Source: Takakia lepidozioides (lineage: Eukaryota; Plantae; Bryophyta). From it: a stretch of DNA of 64,000 nt. Where the stretch lies: NCBI GenBank assembly GCA_030704615.1, contig CM060732.1, positions 16,926,001 through 16,990,000 of the forward strand. The letters are read 5' to 3'. The notes below the pieces were generated by a model, which had not been told where the DNA came from, made no database searches, and saw only the letters and a program-made list of their open reading frames with translations. This document shows positions 1 to 14,200 of this stretch, one piece after another (position 1 is the first letter of the stretch; each line of letters starts with the position of its first letter). The translations under genes were made by a program, and so were the position numbers.

Positions 1-312
1 TAAGATTGTTACAGGGAAAAACTTGAAACATCCTCGCAAAGAAAGAACAATGACGTCAATGAGGCTTGCACGCGCTCACATATACTACGCACCTCTACTC
101 AAAACATAATCATTCCTAGTGAATGAAATCTGTACGCTGCTGCACAAAACTGTCCGAGTGACGTAAAGAACTTTCAGATTTTTCCCTCAAAGGAAACCGG
201 GGACCTTAAACCTGTGAATCTACGCGCCAGGCTGGCTAGTGCGTTACATAATCCTATAATCTACCCGACAGGCTGGCCAATGCATTACAGCGTTCCCGCG
301 TTCTTCACGCAC

Positions 313-416
313 GGTAAGCCTCCTCGTGTCGGGGATTACCTACACTCGCCCCGCCATTCGGCTACCGCCTCGCGGTGGGGCTCATTTCGGTAATCCCCTC
401 CACTCGGAGGCTTACC
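313..416. repeat. Nested inverted repeat / ~104-bp foldback
   Basis: Three nested stems: GGTAAGCCTCC (313-323) with GGAGGCTTACC (406-416); GGGGATTACC with GGTAATCCCC; GCCCCGCC with GGTGGGGC (G:T). Confidence 0.8.
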
Positions 417-439
417 CTCAGTGTTGTTTTTTGAGAGGC

Positions 440-1612
440 AACCCTACATTTTTTGTGACAGGTTTTTTTTTTTTTTTTCCCTTTCACTGTGACAAGCAAC
501 TTTGAGAAAATGCCTTTCACATGACAAGTTGATAAGTTTTTGACCTTTCACACAACCATGTCATATGAAATTAAAAATGAAAAATGAAAAGAAGTGTGAA
601 GGGTGAACTTCTTACAATTAGTCCACAGTCAATCATTGCGGGCTCAATCACTTAGACTACGTTGGACCCTGGAAGATTCTTTGGATCATGTGTACCACGG
701 ATGAAAGGGCAAATGGCTCGGGTCCTAATTATAAGTGCCCGGTCACAATGTGTCTTGGACGACCAATCTTTGCATGCAGGCGAGGCTCTAAATAGCTGCA
801 TCCCCCAACTACTTAGGCCCTTGTGAACTTAAGTCCCAAATGCCTATTTCTTGAAGTAAATCTTGAGCGCTAGATGACTAAAGTTGCCCTTTCACAACCC
901 GGAGCAATATATGAGAACGCTTCGAAGATCAAAATCATCGAAATTCAGCTAGCTAGCTAATCTTGGGATTGTATTCTTCCAATGAACAGAAATGACGTGC
1001 TCCAGCGTGTAACCTAAGCAGCGAGAGTCAAATACATACTGCAAAGCAATGGTCAGGACTTAAGACCCGATCACCTGAAACATGGGTAAGTTAACACTAT
1101 TAAGGTTTATGATAAAGATCTACAAACCATACAGCTCTTACTCATGGGTCAATGTAGCTTTCATTGAAGGTAGAACCCAAGACCCCTGAAGAATAATAAA
1201 GCCAACCTACAGGCCTGCATGCAACACACGGTGGACGCAACTGACAGCCCACAATTCAGGCCCTTGAGGAGGGGGAAAAATAACCCCCTCTCATTTATGG
1301 GCCATGGAGGCCCACAGGACGATAACATCCAGACATAATGCCACGAACAATCCCCACATGGGGCAGGGCAGCGGCTTTGAACCCCGAACCACCAAGGCGA
1401 CACATTGTGCACTCAACTTACCAGCTGAGCTATCGTGCTTGTACATTTCCTTTGTAATTTTTACCTTTCTTTTGACAGGCTATTTTTTGTTTTTTCGCCT
1501 TTCACCGTGACAGGCAATTTTTGGTCATTGCCTTTCTTTTGACAGGCCGTTTTTTTTTTTGGGCCTGTCAAATGCCTTGTGACAGGTGCAAAAAGCAACC
1601 TTGGTTACCCTA
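440..1612. repeat. TGACAGG/CCTTTCAC motif arrays (440-560 and 1470-1612), probably one non-autonomous DNA-transposon remnant split by an insertion
   Basis: Both blocks share TGACAGG-T-run-CCTTTCAC(T/C)GTGACA(A/G)GCAA in the same orientation. No TSD identified. Confidence 0.35.
1250..1438 (-). mobile_element. tRNA-derived SINE-like element (Pol III head)
   Basis: Minus strand has an A box TAGCTCAGCTGGT (1432-1420) and a B box GGTTCAAAGCC (1383-1373) with tRNA-like spacing, but no intact cloverleaf. 3' boundary uncertain. Confidence 0.55.
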
Positions 1613-2212
1613 CACAATAATGGTAATTTTCGTAAGTTTTTGCAAACAAATGTAGGCTCCAAACTATTCAGCGAACGTGGTTCCCGGCAAACCGGAATTG
1701 TTCTGATAATTGACAATGTTGTAGACGATGAAGCGAGGCGGTATGCTGCAGTGTTGAGGAAAGTGAGGGAGGAGGCTTGGTGAGTGTCGTGACACCTTGC
1801 CTGGGCGAGGCCATGGCGGATCTGACCTGCGCTCATACTGCCCACTAGATTCAATCCCCGTGGGCGTCAGACTCTAATGAGAACCCTTCCGCTGGAAATG
1901 TGGAGAGAACGTTTTGGGCGATGAGCACATGTAGCATTTGCAGGAAGGTTTCCAGAAGCGGGGTCTGGGGTTGTCCTTACCACGAATTGTTGGACGTAGT
2001 GGTGCAGTTGTTCATCAGATTTTGCGTTACACGGGCATCTGAGACAGCGGGGTGATGAGAATCGCAAATTGTGGCACGGAATATAGGGTAGCATGATGAA
2101 GATGTGCAATCGCTGCGATTAGCTGCGAGATACAGGCGGTAGATGAGACGTCACTTGCCTGGGTGGATGTAGGCATCTCAAGGGGTTGAGAAGGTAGAAG
2201 AAACGGGAGGCC

Positions 2213-5200
2213 ATGGAGGTTCCAGGGACTGCTCTGGCGCAACTCTTGCGGCAGCGCATGAGCCCCATGGTGATGGTGCTGGCTACACCTCGTGCCGAAG
2301 AATCATGCCGCAAGAATCAACTTGGCTTTGTGGACTTGCTGCGCCCTTTTTGCATCCTTGATCAGATTGATGGTAAGTTTATCATACTTTCAATATGCGC
2401 GTGACGAGAGAAAGGCACACACACACGCACACATACGCACACACGAAGATGGCAAATGAGACCTTTAAATATTGCTTGCCATTGCTAGAATAATCGTGAT
2501 TGATTAGGTCAGAATGAGTTGCTGTAATAAGTTGGAGATACATTTGCAGCTGGATACAAAGGTATTCTGATTCATGCATGCTAACTGGAACTCTGTTCTG
2601 CACGTTGTAGCTAGATAAACAGACATAAGTGGGCTGGCAGCACATACCATCAATTGGTGTTTTTTTTTGCTTTTCCCACTTTTCTATGAGGTATCTTCAA
2701 ATATTACGGCTACTCGGTTAGTATTTTCCTCTCTGAGGAGCTCACAAGTACCATATGATGGGCATTGGTGTGATATCCATGTTTAGTCCATATCAGGGGC
2801 CTAATATTTGAGGACTGAGATGAGTAATTGTGTTTATTCCTATTGGTGAGAAAATTGTACAAGTCCAAAGAAGAATCCATGAGGTGTGACTTTGACAATA
2901 GCCCAAGTAGCAGCAGTAGCATGCCAACCAAAAGTAAGAGAGCAAATATGTGTTGCATAGAGCTGTAACACTTTAATTAATAGAAGCTGCGGAATATCCC
3001 ACAGGCACATGCTGGTCAGGTGGTTACAGATTCCTTCAAAGAATGACTGAGACCTGGGTACTTTTGCAGGGTTTTAGCTGAAGTGAGGTTCCCTATAGGA
3101 TCATACAGAAATGCCACATTGTTTTCCATGGAACACTTGCACCTGGAACTCTCTGAGATGTTTGTAGGTGCTTGCAATGGTTGCAAGCTTGGTTTGTTAC
3201 GGGTTTCACACTTTCAGAGTAAAATGAGGAATATCAATGCCATGGAGTTACATGTTGCTAGCCATGTGGAAATGGTAAGGAATTTTGAAGGAGAGATGGT
3301 TATGAATGATGCAGTTCCTGTCCGCACAGCAAGTGATCAGCCCTACAGACTGCAGGACTTTGAGCTGCGCCTGTTTTATGCTACTGATATTTGCCAACCA
3401 CGCTCTGAGGTAAGTCATCCTTGTTTGAAGTGAAAGTGGCTTCTGGTTTCAAGTTGGGGATGCAGAGGGCATGCATCAAGAGGTCAGCTTTAGTGCGAGC
3501 TTGACTTTTAGCTTCGACAAAATGCCATCCACTTCTAAAATTTACATGAAGCTCTTTGTGGTGCTGCTGCTTTTCTTTTCTGGTCCAATGGACTGGCTGC
3601 CTTTCATGTCTTGTAAAAGCTAATTGGCTTGCTCTGCCATGATGATGTTCGAAGTTTCAAGCAAGAGTGTGAGGTGGGCCATTTGATCTTTTAGGTTGGA
3701 TGGGTGCAATGGGATAGTGCATGAAGGGAACACTATTTGTTCTGATGCTGAAAATTGACTGGCAGTTCAGTGGGTGTACGAGTGACGCATATGTGTTGTC
3801 TGTGCAACCAGACAGCCGAGGACTATCTGGTGGAGGTTGTGAGCACTGCAAGTGATGATGCAGCTGCTGCTCTGCAAGGTGACCCCCAGAGTATGGAGGT
3901 TGTTAGACAGAGTATGTCTCAACATATTTTCTGTGTACCTCTTTCATTCACGAGCAGTTTCCTTGTTGTGTTCTGATGTACAATCTTTCCTTTTTGGGTG
4001 TGCCGAAGTGTGGGTGTGTACCTGGTATATGCCTCAGGAGGCTGCTCTTTTGTGTCTTCAAGTTTAATATTTCCCTCCATTTGCTATCAATTAACATGCT
4101 CATGTCTTTTACATAGTTAATGTGTCTGTAGAGAAATCTACTCACCAACCATTGGCTGTGAACCAAATTATGAAGTTGTATTCACCCCGAGGTCGTAACA
4201 CTCCTGGAACTGGTTGTGGGGTTTCAGCCCACCAGAGTATATCAAACTCAACCTGAACTGTGTCGATGTCTGTCTGTCCAAGGTATCCTGCTAGCAGGAT
4301 GGTCAAATATGTAGCACTGAATGCTTATACCATCCTCATCATCTACACCGTCCTTATCGTCATATGGATCATGGATTCTCTTTCCCCAACCGGGTAAACT
4401 TACTATCCAGAGCAAGGCAGCCTACTCTTTGTTTGAAATTCAATTTACAGCTCAATGTGAGAGTATAGTAGGTGCTGAGGGAATCCCATCGTTTGGATTA
4501 GCTGAGGAGAGTCTTTTGTGTAAAATCTCTTGTGTGGTATTACTAAGATCTGCTTCATGGATTGTATGGGAGAGAGACTTCATAGCATCCACAGGGGCAA
4601 ACTAGAACATCAACATACAGCGAATGTCAAAGAGAAAGAGACTCTACTCGTGAGATGTTGTTTGTCGTAGCCTTGTGGCCATAGACGCTGTACCCAGTCT
4701 GGGCGGAATAAGAGGGAACAGACACTACCTTTGTGAGAGGCTCGTGGGACTTGGTATAAGCAATTGGTTTGGCCTTTCCAGATTTCCTCTAGAAATCCCT
4801 TCGCACAAGCATCAATCTTCTGAGCTGCGCAGCAGTTAGACTCCAAGAGGGCCAGGGCTTTAGGCTCAGCCTTGAGATTTTGAACGTTGGTGGAGGGAGG
4901 ATTGAGATTTTGAATGTTGGTGCAGGGACTATGTCCTTGATGGTCCTGAAGAGGGTCGCTTTCTGATGAGAATACCCCGACATTGTATCAGACACGTCGG
5001 GCATTGACAGTCTCCCTCTCCTCTCTCATCCGTTTATGTTCAAAGGTAGACTCCCGCCCTGAGTGTAAATTTCAGTCTAGTGCCGAGGGTAGGTAGGCCC
5101 TTCAGATCATCCTGAAGGTCCTCAGCCAGGTCACACCCACACCAAGGGCTTCCTCTGTAGGCATGTATACACATCCCACAAAGAGGTCCTTAGCCCTCAT

Positions 5201-8200
5201 ACCTCCGTTCAGTTTCTTTCTCAGCCAAATACTGTGTTCGTACTGAAGTTCCCTGTTGATGACTTCACAATTGTCACACAGGAAATCATGGACAAAGAAT
5301 CCCACTCCTTTTTACCACGCTTTCCAGAAGCCATCTTGATGGCACACATCTTACCATACCACTCATAGCCAACGACATCCCCAACCATCTGGTCCTTAGT
5401 TTCCCATATCTCCTTTCCCAGCACAAATGTGAATGCCATTAGCTCGAAGTACTTGTCCCACTTCAATTTATTTCCTTCGGTTTGTCAGCCCACAGAAGTT
5501 AAAGGTGGCCAGCTGCAAGCCAGCCTTTTTCAAATGTTATCTAGGTTGCTTTTCAATGCTCCTAGACATCCTGCAATTCTGCATTGGTGAGTCAGCTTCA
5601 CGCAGGCTTTGATTGCCTCGTGTAAACTTTGAGGATTGGCATGCCATTGAGCATGCCATATACCTCGTTCACAACTTGATTGGCCACTGCATGCATAGGC
5701 AGGTCTGACTGAGATGGTCTTTTTGCATAGACCTTTGGGCTTGGCTTACCACTAGGTTCTTTCATCCCTGGTAGTCGAGTCCCATAACCAATTAAGCTCA
5801 GAGAAGTTCAACCCTCGACTGCTTGGAGAGCTACCTTAGACATTTGTGATTCAATGAGGGGTTCAGGGAAAACAGTCAAGGATGGGGAGTCTAAACTGAA
5901 GGTTTCCAACTTGTTTGAAGCCCTGGAAGAGGTTGACCCGGAGTAGTACCTGTCAATGTAGCATTCTTAGACATAGTCGCCTTCTACCAAGTTTCCAAGT
6001 CTTGAGATGGTGCCATCAGCCAGACAATCCAAGCCTAAACTTGAGCAAGTAGTTTTCAAGGACACGATGTCCATCCTTGGATTCACCCCAAAAACTACAC
6101 ATGAAGCTGTAGTTTTGGCATAAGCAGCTCCCAGGAATCAACCTGGGGACTACAATCACTATCTGGAAAATGAGATATAGTTATAGCAGGTAAGAGATTT
6201 AAACACAAGGGCTTTTCCTAGCCCAAGTGTCGAGTATGCAAGCCAGAGAATGCAACCGCCCACTTCGGGCAGAGGTCCTGCCCCCAAGCAGTAGGGATCC
6301 ACTTCAGAGATCATCACTGATCATGTAGGCATATTCTAAAGGAGAGATCCCTTCTCTCCAACTTAATCCAATGCACTCCCCTACCTGAAGCAAACTGCTT
6401 CAGGTCAAACCCAGCATTTGGTCACAGAGACGTATCCCATGCCAAGTTCACCCATTTAGTAGGCTACCTAATGGGCAGGGAAATCAAAGAGAAACAGAGA
6501 CAGACAAACGAAAGAAAAAAAGAACGTCTGAGGTAGGCCCTTTGGATCCAGGAGAACCAGACTGACAAACCACTGAAACCAGGCAACAAATTGAACCCCA
6601 AATGTTGCATGAAGCAAAGTGTCTCATGCAGGTAAGCTGCTACAAGAGCAAGCAGAGAGAGAAGAGAGTTTTGACTACTCTGTGCCACTATGGTGACCCT
6701 AAGTCCCTGCCAGGTTCCAGGTCACCAGAGAATGTTGGACTGTACAGAAGCACTGTCTGATGACAGGTAATCAAGGGTTAATGTGCACGATGTCATTGAC
6801 AGACACAAGAAAGCATGAGTGTGATTTAATACTGGACCTCTTGCCTATCTTGCTTGCAAATTTTGACAACTGTACCAGACACCGTGTTCAAGGGCAGACA
6901 AAGACAGACCGATGGAAAGAAGGACAGAGCAGTTGTTTTAAGGGGAACACCATCAAGCTTGTTCCGACTTAGTAAGCTTTAGGTCTATCGTTTGTGCTGT
7001 GTATGCCAGTGGCAGAGTTTGAGACGCAGGGATCGTGGTTTCAAAGATACAGTCGAGAGTTTATGCGCACTTTGGCTTTTTCGGAACATGAAGCACTTGA
7101 CCATCCTGTTGCGTGTGAGTTTAATCTGTCCTTGTTTTCATGTTGGTACTGCATCACAACTCTAGGTGTCTGTTATAGATCCCTGGAAGGTTCACTACCA
7201 GGGACCTGCTGGTAGTGTAGTAGCCACCAGTACTCTAACGCAAAGTACAGTACAGTAGTGGGGAATCCCCCTTTCTAGAGTTTGGTGAGCTGCCTTCCCC
7301 TCAATATTCTTAGAACTGTCTGCTCTGCAAACGGGTTGTCTACAGTATCTTTGTTCCAGTGGGGGTTATGGATCTGGTGCTGATGGAAAAGTTGCAAATT
7401 GGCAGGTTTGCTGGTTGTGTCGTCGAAGGATGAGAGCCCATTGACCAAATTTGTGGATCTCTTCAGTAGTGATCAACTGCCTGCTCTGCTGAATGAGGGT
7501 GCCATGGACCCTAAGCTTCTCAAGCACTTTGTACTCCTGCATGATGTACAGGATGGCCCCTTGGACCGGTTAGAGACATCAAGTCGTCTTTCCCTTTCTA
7601 GACATGCTTACTAAATGAGTTGCTCTTAGCTTTTGGCTGAGGGGAGTCACTGGCTCAAGAGCTACTGGGCAGGTATCATGTTAGCATGCTCCAAGACAAG
7701 TAGGCTGTTGTATGCTTGTATAAGACTGTACAGTAGACCAAGAGTTTGGGCAGCAGGCTTGCAGGAGGATTTTTAGCCTGTATGTTCTGGCTCTTTTACT
7801 GTCAGAAATTGAGTATGTTACATGTTTCAATTTGCAGGGGATTTTGAAACATATGGGAGTTTTTATTCAACTGTGGCAAAATCAGAGACGTGACTTTCTA
7901 AGTCTCATTTTAAGAGATGAGATGGTACTTGGTGCAGGTGTAATGAAATACTGTTTGATATGCGGGGAACCCTTGGGGTGAACAATTGTGGTCTGCTGCC
8001 CATTAACTCTGGTACACCAGCTGCAGCTTCTGCATGTGAAGATATTTGGACTCCCCACATGTTACTGCCAATGCTTCCCACTTCTCAGGAGACAAGTAGT
8101 CCGGTATGCAGTGGCATCCCATGTAGGTGTTGGCCTCGAGTACATAAGGTTTTTCATAGTGTCAACGGGTCTTCCATGGAGTCACTCACAAGGCATGTCT

Positions 8201-11200
8201 GCAGCCAAGTGTTTGACTGCACAGGTTGATGCATTAGTTCCTGATGCCATCAGAAGCTGAGACTGTTATGGGGAGGTGGTATACTGGAAAATCTCGTACT
8301 GTTGTAGTTGATGTTGTCCCCATTTTGCAGGTGGATGACACACCAGTCTCAAAGCCAAGGCCTGGCTATTTTATCGAGAAGACTGATATGGAAGAGGTAG
8401 TTTTGTGATACTCAGTATGTTATTTTTGTTTCATTGCAAGCGCCCACATGTATGAGACTCTGTTGACCTTTTTGCTATGAAGGTCATCCTGGACCACTTG
8501 GTATCAAGTGCTTGATTGGTAGATAAGGTTTGGGGCACTCCTCTTCATAGGAGCAACAGCCTTAAGAGAGTAAAGACTGGGAACTCACTTCGAAGTCTCC
8601 TGCAACCACACACTGCAACTGCTGTCTTGGTTGCAAGCACGGTTTTGTTGTTGAAGGTGGGAGGGCCATTTTATGTATATGTATGTTTAATGCTGTGCAG
8701 ATTAGCGATTTTGTGTTAGATTTGAGTCTGAAACATCTCATTCCACACATGGAGCAGAAGATTCGCATGCTGAATCAGCAGGTGACTGACTGTAACTCTT
8801 CTAGACAGCCTCTTACATCATGCATGAAGTTTATGTTGTCACTTGGGCTTCTGGCTGGTGGATTTTCTTTGGCTGGTTGACCTCAAGGACTGTCCAAAGG
8901 TCTGGTAACTTTGGTAACAGAAGTGCCCCAGCCCCTACCAAAGAGGTAATGTGTGGCGCCTACCAGTGTTATGACCAGGACGTGTGTGCATTTTGGGTTT
9001 AGGGACTGGTATGAATCGTGGTTAGGATAGATTTTTGAAGTGGAAATATTGGAGAAGCAATGGAGAGTAGGTCGTTTCAACTATATTTTAAGAATTGAAA
9101 TGGCCGGACAGTGGTTTTGTTAGTGAAGCTGACAATTCATGAGGAGCCTGTTTGATTATGAGGACATTGTTCATTTACTTGCATTCAGCTCTGCACACTG
9201 AATTTTATGTGTGGGTTCACTTACATTCCCTAAACATCTCATTATACTAATTGATGCAATTTTTTTGAGCTGTATTGAGTTTTAAAGCTAATACCAGATC
9301 TGGATAATGAACCGTCTGGTACTAAACTTCTCGCATGATGGAGTTCATATCAGGTCTTGAACAAACGCTACTGCATTATTCATACCAGATGCGGTACGCG
9401 TAAATTTGAAAAATTTCAGTACTCATACCAGCTGGTATCACAAAATTGTAAGTTGAAGCGTGATACCAGTACCTCGACTGGTATGTCCAATACCAGAACA
9501 ACACTGGTTTGAACTGCCTTTGATGTTTGCAAGGTTGAGTATTGTACCTTTGTTTCCTACAGTCATCAGATCAAACCACCAAACATCTAGGTAGTCTTGG
9601 CTCCATTTCACAATTTGAGAGAACCCGTACCTAGGGCATATGCGAGGTCTGATGGCAGGTGGATGGTTTGGCAGGTGTCAGCAACCAGGAAGGGACTCAA
9701 GAATCAACTCAAGAACTTGTGGTGGCGCAAGGGCAAAGATGATACCCCAGATGTTCAGAGTGGCCCAATGTAATTAATAATCTGCAGGAAGGTCATGTTA
9801 ATGCATTGCTAGGCTTTGATTGAGTTTTGATAAAGGGCCAGAATGTCAAAGCAGATAAGACTAAGGTTCAAATTAAATGATAGTACGAGTCATTTGAATG
9901 TTTGGTGTGATATGGTTACAGGTACACATTCAGCAGTATGGAGTCTCAAATCAGGGTACTCGCCGACTATGCATTCATGCTTCGGGATTATGACCTGGCC
10001 CTGTCCCATTATCGCTTGCTTTCCAGTGATTACAAGACTGATAAGGCGTGGAAGCGCTACGCTGGGGTCCAGGTCAGTGTGAATGTGTGTGTAACAGTTG
10101 AACAATCCCCTTCTGTTCCAATTCATACCCAAAAACGCTGCATTCCATTCCTCATCGGAGGAGTCTGGATTATCGCTTTGGGTGAGATATTCACAAATTG
10201 GGATCTCTTCCATGCAGAATGAGATGGCGTTGGATCATAGGCCTCAATCTCTTCACTCCCCCATGGCACATATTGCAAGGACAACGTGATTTCCGTTGGT
10301 CCAGTGCATTGGAACGAGTTTCCTCTCATTGCCACAACTCATCCCACCTGCAAATCCGTGCAGGATGGTCTATGCTGGGATCTCTTGGGCGATGGTCCTC
10401 CATACTCTCCGTACAGTCCACAACAAAATGCCCAATGTATCACTACTGCAGCTTAACACATGAGAGAGACACTCACTTATTGCAGACCTGCAAGTACAAT
10501 CATATAGCAACTAGAAACCTGTGGTGCTTGATGTCGTAGCTACACAGAGAAGGCCCCAGACCTAGCTTCGTTGAGTGCAACATTTTGCTTTAGTTCACTA
10601 GCAACAGGAGCATGACGAGTACTCGGTTTAATGCTGTAGACACACATTGAACCTGGCTTGAATACTGGTCTTGAGCACCAGTGCAATTTTGTCCCATGAG
10701 CTGCTGACACGTAAATTTTTTAGTGAAGGGATGATTATTTAGGGTTGTTCTGTTCAGCAATAGATTATCAACTTCTATGGTAGAACTCCAAAAACACTAT
10801 GTGGCGTCCACTAAGCTATCTGGTTTGACTTTGGCAGGAAATGATAGGGCTGTGCTTATTTATGCTGGACCAGTCTCGAAGAGAGGCGGAATTGTGTATG
10901 GATACTGCTTACAACTCCTATCAGGTGGGTTACTAAAGTTTGCTGACTTCGCTTCTTTCCAGTTGCTATCATGCCATTAGTCACCAGATGTGGAAGGTTT
11001 GTGGCAACATCTTGGAGAGATGTATCACTTCTCGTTCTGGGTTCCAAGGCCTTCACACAGTACCATTGCCCCTGCTGGGATGAATGGGAGCTGAAGCTTT
11101 TTGCAGTTACTCTGGAATGGCTGATAGTATGGCAGACTTTGCTTTGTAGGTGGGGTCGCAGGGCATGCTAGACTGTTGGGCAGGTCATATATGCCAATCC

Positions 11201-14200
11201 GGGTGCAACGTGATTTAGGGGAAAGCCATATGATCTTGATGAAGAGACACGTGCTTGGGACAGGGATTCCTGCCAGTAAGGCAGTCCAAGTGGCACCTGA
11301 GGAGAACTCACAGCCTCTTCACTTTGCTGAGAAGCTCTACTCTAATATTACTTGTTTGTTGATGCTGCAGTCTAGAGGAGTCTCTGTATCTTTAAAGCTG
11401 TTTTTGAGGCAGACTACACTGGTCAGGATGTAGCAGGTTCATATTGTTCTTTGCCTGTAGCATGTTAAATTTCATTATGTGGATTTTTTCAGAAATGTGG
11501 AGGCTTAACTGCTAAATATGCAACGCGGACAACATTGTGGCTAGCAGAGATGCATAAAGCAAGGGGTCAGTTTCGAGAAGCTGCAGGTGTTCTTTTCCGG
11601 GCTTCTGTTGAGGTGAGTTACTATATGCTTACTGAACTTGTTTACAAGTGGGATAGCTGGAGGTCAGATTTAGTAAATCCAATGCATAAGGGACAATGTA
11701 GTTATATGTCATGTGTAACTTTAGGATGATCTGGTCAAGTTTCAGTTTATCTCATGAAGATCTGATTGCCAGAGTGGCATTTTGAGAGGAAACCTACAGG
11801 AGGTGAGTTTGCGGGCAGGAGTGCTACTTGAGCAAGCCGCCTACTGCTACCTACGTGCATCTCCATCCATGTTGCGCAAGTTTGGCTTCCATCAGGTGCT
11901 TGCTGGCAACCGGTACAGTGTCTGCTCTCAGGTACACCTCTCCTTGGTTTTCTGAGTCAAGTTAAAGCACAACTGTACACAGTGCTAATTAAAATAGGTC
12001 AGTCTGAAGAAAGATTCAGGCAAATCCTGTTTTATTGAACCTTTACTTCTTACTGCTTTTGTAGCAAAGCCTTGGTCTCTGTTGATCAGAAAATGTGGTG
12101 TCTGTCCTTTGTGCATCTGAAATCTCTTCACTAGCGTCATCACGAAACCTTGGGTTTTTGTGTTGCTCAGCTTTTTATTGGGAGCAATGTAGTTCAGTTT
12201 ACGGAGCTAAGAGTACGTAAGGGTGGGTGACACACAGCAGAAGCATGCCATGCGGGTTTATAGGAGTGTGCTGAGCATTTATGAACATCAGGGTTGGACG
12301 TACATCAGCGATCATGTCCATTTCCATCTTGGCAGGCAATGAGATCACCTCCATCTCTCCGATCTGTGATGTCTGCTTTCTATTCCACTTTGTACCAGTA
12401 TCTGTTTATTCCAAGGTAAATCATACTACCGGCGTCAGCCCCTAGATGGGAATTATTCTTGCATGATGGCAATGGTAGGGCCTGATATCAAGTGCACTGG
12501 TGCAGGCTCTCAGCATATTTGGGAAGCCTTGATCTTGCAATCGAGCACTTAATGAAGTTGATTGCTGGCAGTCATCAATCACCCACGAATCAAGCAACCT
12601 TTTTGAGAGAGTTCCTGTATGTTATTCAGGTAAAGCTAAATGTGGAACTTAATATGAGTGCCCAACTTGATTGTTTCCCCAAGCAATTTCTGTATCATTA
12701 TTTGTTGGGTCAACCTTTCTGGAAACTAGTTGCTAAAATTAGTCACGAAGTTTGTAAAGTGGGCTATCACTCTAACCATGAAATAAATATAATCACGTTT
12801 GCTTGCCGCTAACTCACTTGTCTTCTTGTGGTTGTTGCCTACCGTAGTCTGAGCACATACTCATGACCACTATTCATGCACTTGTTGTAAGTCCATGGAG
12901 AAACTAGTTGCTAAAATTAGTCAGGAAGTTTGTAAACTGGGCTATCACTCTAACCATGAAATAATTGTAATCACGTTTGCTTGCCTCTAACTCACTTGTC
13001 TTCTTGTGGTCGTTGCCTACCGTAGTCTGAGCACATACTCATGACCACTATTCATGCACTTGTTGTATGAATAGTGGAGATTGCTATCACACATTGAATC
13101 CAAGCTGTGTGGGTGGGTTGTTGTAGAATACGGTAGGAACACAGCAGGTTTTGGAGCTGGCTCTACCAGCCATCAACGTGGAGCATGTTCAAGTGCACTT
13201 TGAGGACCATCGTACATATGCTTCTTCTGCTGCAGTGAGTCTCACCATGTCCCTCTTTTGTTGGCATCACCGCTTTGATAACTCTTTCACCTTGCCCTGT
13301 GGACGTTGCTGGATCCTTCAACTGCATGCATTCAATTCTGTGTGAACATCCTACGTCAGGATGCTGGTAGTTGTCCTTTCTTTGTTGTTGGGTTGTCTGT
13401 CAGCCTAATGATTCTTAAGTCCATTATTCTGTCTGTTCATTATTTTGTCAGTCTTCTGTCGTATAATGTAACAGGCTTGTGAGGCCATATATACAGATGC
13501 TAAATATCTTATTGAAAATTGATCAGTGCTTCCTGGTTGCCGAGCTGTTGAGGAACCCTTTGTCTGTAAATAGGAAGTGGGGAATGGCTGTCAACAGCTC
13601 ATGGTGTGGTGATACTGCCTGTAAAACAATTGCTGCAATGTTTTTGCAATGTTCATTGGTCTTCGCATGGACAGTTCTGCTGGTAGGAGATAATGTCCTG
13701 TCTAGTTGTTTGATTGGTGTATCATGATCCCAGTCCAGAGATTTCTCTTGTGATAGCCACGCAACTGTCCATGTCCATCCTAAGAAGCATGTTGCTAAAG
13801 TCCAGGAACTTGAAGGGTTTCTGAGGATGAATGCAGGCTGCAGTGGCAGAGGAGGTATGGAGGACAGTGGAGGAGGGGCTGACACCAGCAGTGGCTGTCA
13901 CACTGCAAACCTGGTTGGATGCCCCCTCCAAGTTGGTGGGACAAGCCAAAGACTTCAATATTTGTGTTGCTGGTGGTGAGCCTTTCCACCACTTTCTTGA
14001 GAGTAGTTTGGTTGTGATAGTTTAAGTTTATTTCAACTTACACAAATTGTCTAACCCTGTGGCGTGGTTGGCATCCACTTCATCAGGCATTCCTGGATTT
14101 CTTGTGCAAGGCCCTTTCACATAACATTGGCTGAAAGTTTGGTGGCTAAGATGCATAATCAAATTATAGTAAAGAAAGGGTAGGCAACATTTTAGTAGCT

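Noticed and set aside
1365-1438. Genuine tRNA gene
   Set aside because: A and B boxes are present, but the acceptor and anticodon stems do not pair convincingly. Better read as a SINE head.
6690-6830. Self-cleaving ribozyme at the LINE 5' end
   Set aside because: A CTGATGA and a small hairpin are present, but the hammerhead stems cannot be built and the motif is on the wrong strand.
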